Source of the DNA: Terriglobia bacterium
GTDB lineage: Bacteria > Acidobacteriota > UBA6911
Direction of reading: 5' to 3'
Assembly: GCA_963739235.1 (NCBI GenBank)
Contig: CAVTZY010000023.1
Span: 133,746-197,745 of the forward strand
Length of the DNA stretch: 64,000 nucleotides
In this document: positions 27,334 to 35,597 of the stretch, in pieces
How positions within the stretch are numbered: position 1 is the stretch's first letter
Layout: each line of letters starts with the position of its first letter
The notes under the pieces: model-generated
Told to the model about the DNA's origin: nothing
What the model saw: the letters and a program-made list of their open reading frames with translations, nothing else
Databases searched by the model: none
Position numbers and translations under genes: made by a program

Positions 27334-27966
27334 ATATTGGCTTGACCTTCTCCACCGGCCCTACCGGTTCCTTGGCGGGCGCCGATGGTGTGATTACGGG
27401 AGGAGATGGTTTCTCCGGCATTGGATTGTTTGCAGTATGAGCTGGTTCCGGAATCGCTGTTGGTTCTGCAGCGGGACTGCTCCATTCCCGGACATACTGC
27501 GCTGCCCAGCGGGCGAGGTTGCAGGCGGCCTGAAAGCCGCGATCCAGGCCCTGATACAATCCCGGCCGCGCGCCTCGCGCCAGTTCCGAAGCCGACTGCC
27601 GGGCATTGGATCGGCCCACGGATTCCGAAAGCGTCTGTTTATCGCTCGTTATGACGAGTACCTTCTCCCTGCCGCGCGAGGCTGCGACATAAAACAGCTC
27701 CTTCTGCATGCCGTCAGCGGAAATGATGACCGAAGCAACCGATTTCCCCTGGCTGCGGTGAGCCGTCACCGCATATCCATGAGTGAACTGCCTGAAATGC
27801 GGCGGCAAGATACGCCCGTCGGTCAGATGCACCTGTTTTTTGGAATCGATACGATGGACGGTTACGATTTCGCCGTTGGTGACCCGGAAATCGGATTCCC
27901 GGCGATTGGCGGTAAGCAGGAGCTTGTCCCCGGGCGTAATCTCAATTGCATGCCTTTCGCATACAT
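27296..27966 (-). pseudogene. C-terminal fragment of a conjugative relaxase/TraA-MobA-type helicase (RecD-like C-terminal domain)
   Basis: THGYAVTAHRSQGKSVASVIIS...LFYVAASRGREKVLVITSD. The first ~20 codons of ORF 27296..28039 are read-through into the IS inverted repeat. Confidence 0.65.
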
Positions 27967-28239
27967 CAAAACCTACAGCGTCAAAAGTCGGTTGTGCCTC
28001 TGTAACTAGTTGATTCAAGGACATTTGGCGGCGCATCAAAACACCCGGTGAGTCGTAACTGTTCCATCGCAGCTTCGCGCTGGTGTTCTCCCCGTTCTCC
28101 TTCGTGATTGATTTGCAGCATCATCCATCTCGCGACAACCCGCATGAATACTGGGCCTTCGAGTGGTCTGGCCGTTTCGACATGTCCCGGCTTGGCCGCG
28201 TGACCACAGGCTGGGCAGTCATTAGTGTCTCCAGAATGT

Positions 28240-28283
28240 GGAACAATTACGAGTCATGTTATATAATCGATCGTAATTGTTCC
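28240..28283 (+). promoter_or_regulatory. 13-bp perfect inverted repeat (GGAACAATTACGA / TCGTAATTGTTCC) bracketing a TATAAT box (28262..28267), just upstream of the SD and orfA ATG
   Basis: Read directly from the sequence. AGGAGG lies at 28284..28289 and the ATG at 28294. Confidence 0.4.
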
Positions 28284-28293
28284 AGGAGGCGCT

Positions 28294-28974
28294 ATGACTT
28301 CAAAGATCCAGCCCCTTTCCCGGCTCAATCAGCTCTTCCGGCGCAAGCGGGCCGCGCTGCTCGACGACCTGCGCCAGGCGCTGGGCACCAGGTCGCGCAC
28401 GAGCATTTTCCGGATATTGAAGGCCGTCGGATACTTCACCAGCTACAGCCACGCCGGACGCTACTATACCTTGCGCCGCATCCCGAAGTTCGACCGGTGG
28501 GGCCTGTGGGCCTGGCGCGGTATCGGGTTCTCTTCCCGCGGCACGCTGCGTGCCACGGCGGTGTTTCTGGTCGAGGAGTCGGCGGTCGGGCAAACACACG
28601 AAGAACTGCAGCAACGGCTCGGACTGCGCATCTACGACACGGTGCGGAGCCTGGTCGCGGATGGGGCAATCAGCCGCGAACGCTTCGAGGATGTTTACCT
28701 CTACTTGAGCGCGGATCCGAAGAAGGCCGCCGTTCAGATGGCGGCGCGGCGGGAACTTCATGCCGCCGTTGTCGCCCGGCCAGCAGACCCGTTGCTGGTG
28801 ATCGACGTGCTGGTACGTGTCATTCATCACCCGCGGGACGATGCCGCGACGATCGCTGCGCAATTGCAGTCGGCCGGGCGTTCTGTGACGCCCGCTCAAG
28901 TCGAGGGAATCCTTCATGCTTACGGCGTAAAAAAAACGGCGGTCCGGTCACCCTCGCTCAGGTCGCAAGCCTGA
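28294..28974 (+). CDS. transposase OrfA (DNA-binding part), homologous to the ISAzo13 OrfA N-terminus
   Basis: LRQALGTRSRTSIFRILKAVGYFTSYSHAGRYYTLRRIPKFDRWGLW aligns with LKQALGSMATMTVFRKLKALGYRTSYSHRGRYYTLVNIPRFDERGLW at 12719. An A8 run lies at 28929..28936. Confidence 0.7.
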   Translation: MTSKIQPLSRLNQLFRRKRAALLDDLRQALGTRSRTSIFRILKAVGYFTSYSHAGRYYTLRRIPKFDRWGLWAWRGIGFSSRGTLRATAVFLVEESAVGQTHEELQQRLGLRIYDTVRSLVADGAISRERFEDVYLYLSADPKKAAVQMAARRELHAAVVARPADPLLVIDVLVRVIHHPRDDAATIAAQLQSAGRSVTPAQVEGILHAYGVKKTAVRSPSLRSQA

Positions 28975-30860
28975 GGCAGGCAATCCGGCAGTTGCAGGAC
29001 GACTGCCGGCAACGCTCGCAGAGCATCGCCGGTGTGCTGGTCGAGGCGGATGAGATCAGGCAACAATGTTCATCCTGTGGCGGTCCGACGCGGGTGAGGA
29101 AGACGTGGGTACGCACGGGCGTGACATTGCACCACGGCACTTTCCGCCTGCGGCAGAAGGTATGCATCTGTGTCTCCGGCTGCCCTGGGAGCAAACGGAC
29201 CGGCGCGCTCGCCAGCCTCGTGCCGCCGCGCGGCGTCGTCGGCTACAACGTCATGGTCTACGTCGGGCTGGAGCGCTTTCTGCACCACCGGCAACGGGAG
29301 GAAATACGGGCGTCTCTTGCGGCCGATCATGGGATCTGGCTTTCCAGCGGCGAGATCAGCATGCTGGCCCGCCGGTTCCTGGCGTATCTGGAGCGGCTGC
29401 ATCATGCCGCGGCCCCTCGGCTTCGGGCCGCGTTGGCGGCAGACGGCGGCTGGCCGCTGCACATCGACGCGACCGGGGAAGACGGCCGGGGGACGTTGTT
29501 GGTGGCCTTTGCCGGATGGCGCCAGTGGGTGCTGGGCGCCTGGAGGATTCCCACGGAGCGCGCAGAGGCCATCCTCCCCCGTCTGCACGAGGTGACGTTT
29601 CGTTTCGGGCCGCCCTGCGCGATCGTGCGCGACCTGGGCCGGGCCATGGCAGAGGCCTCCGATCAGCTCGTCCGTGAACTCAAGCTCTCCATTCCCGTGC
29701 TGGCCTGTCATCTCCACTTCCTGGCTGACGTCGGCAAGGGCTTGCTCGAAGCATCCCACGACCGGCTGCGTGCCTTGTTCCGGCGGGCGAAACTCCGCAG
29801 TCAGTTGCGCGCTCTGGCGCGGGACCTGGGTCGCAGTCTTGGCCGCGACATCGACGGTGCGCGTGCCGGCTTGCGCCTCTGGCAGGCCGAGGCCGCCGAC
29901 CGGGAGCGTCAGTTCCCTGAGGGCTCGGCTGGAATCGCCACGGCCCGTGCGCTCGCCCAATGGATCCTCGACTATCCGGCGGACACCCACGGGGACGGAT
30001 TTCCCTTCGATCTTCCATGGTTGGCTCTCTACGATCGTTGCCTGCAGGCTGCCGGCGCGGTCGAGCACTTCCTGTCCGACCCGCCCCGGAATTGCGCAGT
30101 CCGCAAGTCCCTCCGGCGCCTTCGGCGTATCTTGGGGCCCATTCAAGACAACGATCCAGGCTTCGGTGCCGTTGCCAGCACGTTGGCGCGCCGCGCCGCA
30201 CTTTTCGCCGAGTTGCGAAAAGCGCTTCGGCTCCAGCCAGAGTCGAATCGAAGAAATCACACATCGTCGCAGCCGCAGAGCGCAACGCGAGAGTTGAAAG
30301 ACATCCGTCTGGCGGTGCGCCGCCTGACCCGTTCTCTGCGCACGCGCCGTCCGAAGCGTGGGCCGGCTCAAGACCACCGTCAGGCGATCGATATCGTCCT
30401 GTCCCATCTCAAGACGCATGGCCGTTATCTTTGGGGTCATGCCATCCACCTGCCCGGGAAACTCAACGGCCTTGTTCACCTGGTGGAGAGGACCAACAAC
30501 CTGATCGAGTCGCTTTTTCACACACTGAAGCATGGTGAACGTCGCCGTAGCGGCCGAAAGGTCCTCACGCACGATTTCGAGAACCTCCCGCCGGCCGCGG
30601 CTCTCGTGACAAACCTGACCCACCCCGATTACGTTTCGCTAGTCTGCGGGTCACTCGACCGACTGCCCGAGTCTTTCGCAAAACTCGATGACAAAGCTGG
30701 CCCCAAGCCTAAATCATCGGTCACCTTGCTGGCGGCGAGTTCAGATCCGGAGAGTGCTTCGCTGCCGAGTGCTGATCGGAAGCTTGTACGCACGGAGGAA
30801 ATGACCCAGCGCATCATCGAAGCCGCTCAGAAGGGCTCACGGGCGAGGATGGTCGCGTGA
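28935..30860 (+). CDS. DDE transposase catalytic part (OrfB, -1 frame relative to OrfA)
   Basis: Downstream part of ORF 28083..30860: CSSCGGPTRV..., WPLHIDATGEDGRGTLLVAF, CAIVRDLGRAM, NNLIESLFHTLKHGERR (N-x-IE-x-K signature). The part of that ORF upstream of ~28935 overlaps OrfA out of frame and is not credible. Confidence 0.7.
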   Translation, partial: NGGPVTLAQVASLRQAIRQLQDDCRQRSQSIAGVLVEADEIRQQCSSCGGPTRVRKTWVRTGVTLHHGTFRLRQKVCICVSGCPGSKRTGALASLVPPRGVVGYNVMVYVGLERFLHHRQREEIRASLAADHGIWLSSGEISMLARRFLAYLERLHHAAAPRLRAALAADGGWPLHIDATGEDGRGTLLVAFAGWRQWVLGAWRIPTERAEAILPRLHEVTFRFGPPCAIVRDLGRAMAEASDQLVRELKLSIPVLACHLHFLADVGKGLLEASHDRLRALFRRAKLRSQLRALARDLGRSLGRDIDGARAGLRLWQAEAADRERQFPEGSAGIATARALAQWILDYPADTHGDGFPFDLPWLALYDRCLQAAGAVEHFLSDPPRNCAVRKSLRRLRRILGPIQDNDPGFGAVASTLARRAALFAELRKALRLQPESNRRNHTSSQPQSATRELKDIRLAVRRLTRSLRTRRPKRGPAQDHRQAIDIVLSHLKTHGRYLWGHAIHLPGKLNGLVHLVERTNNLIESLFHTLKHGERRRSGRKVLTHDFENLPPAAALVTNLTHPDYVSLVCGSLDRLPESFAKLDDKAGPKPKSSVTLLAASSDPESASLPSADRKLVRTEEMTQRIIEAAQKGSRARMVA

Positions 30861-30900
30861 GATGTGCAAATCCAACCGACTTTTGACGCCGTAGGATTTG

Positions 30901-31133
30901 TTGAATCCCAAAACGGCAAGCTGCAAATCTATTTTCTTCCGCCATACTCTCCGGAATTAAACCCGGATGAATCTGTTTGGAATGATCTAAAGAACAACGG
31001 CATAGGCCGAATGTCTATTAGCGGTCCTGACGATATGAAGCAAAAAGTCGTTGATTATATGAGAGGCATGCAGCGAACGCCCGAATTGATCTCTTCTTTC
31101 TTTCGGGCTCCCGATACAAAATATGCTGCATAA
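30901..31133 (+). pseudogene. IS630-family transposase C-terminal fragment
   Basis: LQIYFLPPYSPELNPDESVWNDLKNNG (DDE_3 signature). The N-terminal codons of ORF 30864..31133 derive from the neighbouring IS repeat. Confidence 0.7.
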
Positions 31134-31403
31134 TGTCCGCATACATATGCACTGATTAGTAATAACCAGACCTGTTTTTTTGATGTAAGCGGGAAATTGG
31201 AGGGTGAAGAATTGTGGAAATAGTGTCTGGTCATAACCTTGCCGTCGTCAGTCCCTCATCCGCCGCCTCCATTGTGAAACTACTTCATTGCACGGACCGT
31301 TGCTGCTCCATGGAGCCTCGGGGCAGGCTTGACCCTCAACAGACCTGCCCTGATCTGACACGTTTTTCCAGACTGGGGACGGTTTCACTCGAACCGTGCT
31401 GCA

Positions 31404-34217
31404 TCATCCAATCGGTCGTGCTGTCAAGCTATGACTACGGATCAGTTTGCCGCGTAACAATGCCGTTCTCCTCGACCTCCGGGTGTTCTTCTGGACGAAG
31501 ACATCGACATCCTTCTCTCCAGAACGCAGGAAGTCCAAGAAACTGACTCCTTTGTATTCGCACGTTTCGCACACGCTCAAGAGTATCAGGTACTTCTCAA
31601 TGGCCCGCCCAGTGCATGACCCGCCTATCACATTGCGTAGCCTCGCAAACGCTTTGATTGCGTGCTCTGCGTTGTTGTTGTTCCACGCGACCCCGTCATG
31701 GCCCAAGAACGTGAACAGCTTGTCCGCGTTCTTCTGAAACCGTTTTTGGTACGAGATGGCTGCTTCGGTCTTGTACTCAAACCTCGACACGCTGACAAGA
31801 AATCGTTGCGCCTCCCTCTTGTGCTTTCTCAAGTAACGTTCTCTCAACCCGAAACGGTCGATGGTTTCCACTATTGGCCTAAGAACTCCGCCGAAATCCT
31901 GCGCTAAGGAGCGCAGTTCTCCGTTGAATGGGTGATTCAGGAGATCATCGTTCAAGTCGCGCATCAAGTGCACCAGGCATTTCTGTTGCGGACAGTCCAT
32001 CGAGTCGTAAGCGGCGTAGAAGTCGGAAACCAATACTCCCTTGAAGCCCTCGATACGTTGGTTCAGTACTGTTGACTCTCGCGTCTCAGAGTAGACATAT
32101 AGCACTTCTCGCAGACTCGTAAACACCCATACATAGGCTCGTTCGCCCTTTATGCTCGCTGCTGTCTCATCGGCATGGAGCACGTTACCACAGACTATCT
32201 TGCTATTGATGGCCTCATAAGCATCCGTATAGAAATCGGCAGCTCTCACCAGCAGTTTGTGGATAACAGGTTGACCCACATTGTAGTGAAACACAGTGTT
32301 TATTTGTCGTGCGAGGACAGCTTGGGGAATGCCCAGTTCGACGACATGGTAAACCACGTACGCGATCAGTTCTGTGCCGTAAGGGTGCCTTGTTGTCCCA
32401 TGCCGATCTGAGGGGAAGGTCTTCCCGCAGTTGAGACACTTGTAGTGAATCACTACAAACTGCTGTACCCACCTTTTGACGCCCGCGCGCCCGAATCTCA
32501 CGTCATACAAGGGCTTGGTGTGTCTGCCATATCTGACAATCTTTGGAGAACCGCAATGCAGGCATTGAACTGGACGAGAGGGCTCAATGACCTTATTGAT
32601 GGGATAGGTGAATGTCGATCTCTTGCCTGTCGGTTTCCTGCCACGCCTATTGGGGATGCTTGCCCTCAGGCGTAACCTATTGCGTTGGTAGTCCCAATAA
32701 GCACACCGGTTAATGTAATCAAATGCAGGAAGCGAGAAGTCGGTTTTCCCCCACTTATAAAACTCTTGTTTTCTGAGGGAGTCAGTGTGAATGATGCTGA
32801 TATCAGCGCATTCAGATTCCGAGGTGCCCCTTTCACATATGGTAGCTGATAGCGTTTTGGCTACCATTTCTAGCGCCTCACAATCCTCAGCGTTGTATCT
32901 CAGCAGTTTCTGCTTCAGTTCCGGTTCCCTGCAACGTTCCCATTCATGTCTCCATACCAATGCTTTCAACCCAGAAGCTTCGCTGTCTGTCCATTGAAAT
33001 CCCAGGAAGTGAGCGATCTTCTTGAGCCCATTCGAATAGGTTGGGAAGTAGACCTGCGCATAAATGACGGACAACAGGTTCATGGCGTCGTCGACCACTT
33101 GGCCCAGCGAGGCGTACGTTTGGGACACCTCAGGATACCGTTTTTTCATTCGCTTCAGGAAAACTGACTCGTAGCTTCCGTAGTGGATGATCCGGGGATT
33201 GTCGATTAGCGCCAAAGCCTCGTTAAACAACGTCCATATTGCCTCCTCTTGAGCTGCGTCCTCTGCCCAGAACGAGTGTTGAATGGGCGAACCCTCGTGT
33301 ATAGTGCGTAAGCCAATCAGATAGTAGAAGTCCCGGTCTGGAACTCCTTCCACATCGAGATAGACGGGATTGCCGGTCATGTTCAACTCCGGTCTCCCGC
33401 AAATGTGAATCTTGTTCTCCCGAATGGCGAGTGCTTTCAGGGAATGATGGTACCTCTCAGGCTTGGATGCTGAACGCTTCGGTCTACTTCGAGGGCGAAA
33501 GGTATAGGATAGCTGAGTGACGGTAAAGATCCCCTTGTTGTGCAATGTCTTCCGTTCCTTCTCGGTCATGCCTGAGAGAAGGCTGAGATCGTCCTCCTCG
33601 ACAGCCGCCCGGCGGCATTGAGGCTGGTACTCGCACTCGGCACAATGCTTGTTGAGGAAAACTGGCGGGGGCGTCTGGCTTTCCTGCTCTGTACGGATCT
33701 GTCGGACTTCGGACCGAGCCGTCTTCATCAAGTCAGTCAGTTGGACCTTGGAAGACCTATATTCCGCGCCGTGGATTATTCTGCCGAAGGTCGGCGTCGT
33801 GCCAAAAGCCAGGGACAGGGCAAGCGCATCAAAGGCCAGCATCAGCTTGTCATGCTTTGTGACTTTCTCAGTTGGTACGAAGCGTACCGGGACAAAAGCC
33901 AGAGGCTGCTTCCGGCCCGTCGACGGTACTATCTCCACAGCGTGAAGCCGTGATTGCAGCTCTTCCGCCTGAACCAAGCAATCAACAGCAATCCGACACG
34001 GCTTGTGCTCACGCACTTCTTCCAGGGGTAAACCCTCCAGGCATTCCTCTCCCAGGAAGTGGGACAGCAACCGTCTATGGCTTTCATGCTTGTACTCTTC
34101 GAGAATACGGCACTGCAATTCGGCGAATTCACATTGGACGCCGGGAACCCCTGAGGACCTGCGGTACCACTTGGTCTTGCAGAGGAGAAACTCATGAAAG
34201 TCGTCGTCTGTAATCAT
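31404..34217 (-). CDS. fusion protein: TM0106/RecB-like nuclease with RNase-H-like domain (N-terminal ~530 aa) joined to an IS66-family DDE transposase (C-terminal ~410 aa)
   Basis: ORF 31404..34256. Preferred start is ATG 34217 (MITDDDFHEFLLCKTKWY). N-terminal part: CAECEYQPQCRR, DDLSLLSGMTEKERKTLHNKGIFTVTQLS, VYLDVEGVPDRDFYYLIGL. C-terminal part: zf-IS66-like CLHCGSPK...CLNCGKTF, HADETAASI, LVSDFYAAYDS, CLVHLMRDL, NNNAEHAIKAFARLRNVIGGS. Confidence 0.8.
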   Translation of the reverse strand: MITDDDFHEFLLCKTKWYRRSSGVPGVQCEFAELQCRILEEYKHESHRRLLSHFLGEECLEGLPLEEVREHKPCRIAVDCLVQAEELQSRLHAVEIVPSTGRKQPLAFVPVRFVPTEKVTKHDKLMLAFDALALSLAFGTTPTFGRIIHGAEYRSSKVQLTDLMKTARSEVRQIRTEQESQTPPPVFLNKHCAECEYQPQCRRAAVEEDDLSLLSGMTEKERKTLHNKGIFTVTQLSYTFRPRSRPKRSASKPERYHHSLKALAIRENKIHICGRPELNMTGNPVYLDVEGVPDRDFYYLIGLRTIHEGSPIQHSFWAEDAAQEEAIWTLFNEALALIDNPRIIHYGSYESVFLKRMKKRYPEVSQTYASLGQVVDDAMNLLSVIYAQVYFPTYSNGLKKIAHFLGFQWTDSEASGLKALVWRHEWERCREPELKQKLLRYNAEDCEALEMVAKTLSATICERGTSESECADISIIHTDSLRKQEFYKWGKTDFSLPAFDYINRCAYWDYQRNRLRLRASIPNRRGRKPTGKRSTFTYPINKVIEPSRPVQCLHCGSPKIVRYGRHTKPLYDVRFGRAGVKRWVQQFVVIHYKCLNCGKTFPSDRHGTTRHPYGTELIAYVVYHVVELGIPQAVLARQINTVFHYNVGQPVIHKLLVRAADFYTDAYEAINSKIVCGNVLHADETAASIKGERAYVWVFTSLREVLYVYSETRESTVLNQRIEGFKGVLVSDFYAAYDSMDCPQQKCLVHLMRDLNDDLLNHPFNGELRSLAQDFGGVLRPIVETIDRFGLRERYLRKHKREAQRFLVSVSRFEYKTEAAISYQKRFQKNADKLFTFLGHDGVAWNNNNAEHAIKAFARLRNVIGGSCTGRAIEKYLILLSVCETCEYKGVSFLDFLRSGEKDVDVFVQKNTRRSRRTALLRGKLIRSHSLTARPIG

Positions 34218-34286
34218 CGTAAACGGGATTGTAGGGCGAATACGACCGGGAGGCAATAAGGGCCAGAGAAAGCGCGGCCTGGCTCC

Positions 34287-34577
34287 TTAAGCGACCGACA
34301 CCGATTCATAGACGCCCCAGCGATCAGTAACAAACTCAAACGCGCACTCTCGCGCCTCGGGACCCCACGTTTGCTCTCCATCGAAGACCCAGGCGACAAA
34401 GTTGTTCTGTGCGCGGTAAAGCCCGTTCACCTTGCAGAGCGCCGAGAATTGCTTCGCCTCCGTCTCCAGCTCAATCCATCCGAGACGCTGGCAGGTCGCG
34501 CGGGCCTCTGAACCAACCGCCCTCCTATGACAATACCAGGTCCCATTGCTCCTGTTCATCTGCACCGGGCGCAACAA
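34287..34577 (-). CDS. hypothetical small protein upstream of the fusion gene
   Basis: ORF only; no family recognised. Confidence 0.3.
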   Translation of the reverse strand: MLRPVQMNRSNGTWYCHRRAVGSEARATCQRLGWIELETEAKQFSALCKVNGLYRAQNNFVAWVFDGEQTWGPEARECAFEFVTDRWGVYESVSVA

Positions 34578-34720
34578 GCGGCGGCCTGGAATGCGGGTCG
34601 AAGCAGAGTTAAACCAGCTACAACATTATAATGCTGTGCCCGCCTGTCTTTCGCCCCTCTCCATGCCCCGAACACGCCTGTCTGCAATCTCGTCCGGGGT
34701 AGAAACCTGCAGCCGGGAAG

Positions 34721-35113
34721 GTGCTCCGGGTCAAGGCCAACAGCAGAGGGGGACACCGGATCGGGAATCCCGCGTTTTTCCCAGTCCCGCGCCAGGAGGA
34801 CAGCTTGAAAGCAATTGTGCCTGCCTCAGCCGTGTTCGCCTTCGAGGTCGACCGGTGTCTCGTCACGTTAGAGACGACGATCGAGCGTCCCGCGCCAGAC
34901 ACAAAGGCGACGGATGAGTGGCTTTTCTTGGCAGCACATGTCGGTCTGCCGACCCCCTTTCTTGATTGGACAGAAAGCGCTCTTGTTGCTCTTCGGTTTG
35001 CCCCGTTGGAGAAGAGCCTAATCGTCTGGATGCTAAGTCCTCTTCTGCTCAACAGTTCTCTGTCACCAACCAACCAGAGAATACCATGCTGGGCAGCGAT
35101 GAATTGCCGCTAA
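34721..35113 (+). pseudogene. FRG-domain protein remnant (frame-disrupted)
   Basis: FLAAHVGLPTPFLDWTESALVALRFA matches the FRG-domain core. Protein-like continuation appears in other frames up to about 35270. Confidence 0.5.
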
Positions 35114-35597
35114 CATGGTACGGGCCAGCGCTGGAGCGTTCAGTCAGGCTTCCTCGATCTTATCAGTACCGAGTTCAAAGGCAGCCGCTTTGACGGCATG
35201 TACCACGCGCCTGTCCAGACGCGCCCAGCTTTCATCCCTGCGGACTGCCACGGGGTCAAGATAGCGTAAGACGGGTCATGTGTCGGCCTACGTCTCCTGG
35301 GGGCATTTAAACGCGATATCGTGTTGTGATGGGCCGGTGTCTCGCCAGGAGGAGTTTTGAGAGCGCCAGAAAAATTGAGGTGTCCCACCAAGAGAGATCC
35401 TCGAAGGGGCTCAAAGAATTTTCGGGCAGGGGGTGGGTGGTCGAAAAAGGAAAAGGGAGAAGGAGGGCAGGCGCGTGCGAGCTGAGACGACTATAGGGCA
35501 AAGCCCGGCGGGGGACCCGCGCGGGGGGGACGAGGTGGAGGTGGTCGAAAAATCTGCTACCACTTCACCCCGAATCATAACGATTCACGCCATACAA

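Larger units (their letters stand above)
27967..30900 (+). mobile_element. 2.9-kb insertion sequence with 28-bp imperfect terminal inverted repeats and a two-ORF DDE transposase (family unassigned)
   Basis: 27967..27994 CAAAACCTACAGCGTCAAAAGTCGGTTG pairs with 30873..30900 CAACCGACTTTTGACGCCGTAGGATTTG (26/28 complementary). No target duplication is visible. Confidence 0.7.

Noticed and set aside
28083-28934. N-terminal ~280 codons of the 925-aa ORF 28083..30860
   Set aside because: Arg/Pro/Ala-rich with no family signal, overlapping the well-supported OrfA in another frame. Only the part downstream of the A8 run looks like a transposase.
29070-30623. 517-aa minus-strand ORF
   Set aside because: Antisense to the DDE transposase OrfB. 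No motifs, and typical high-GC shadow composition.
31187-31200. GTAAGCGGGAAATT, resembling the GTAAGCG start of IS66-family terminal repeats, 217 bp beyond the fusion gene stop
   Set aside because: No inverted partner (CGCTTAC...) was found within 500 bp upstream of the gene start, so the element ends remain undefined.
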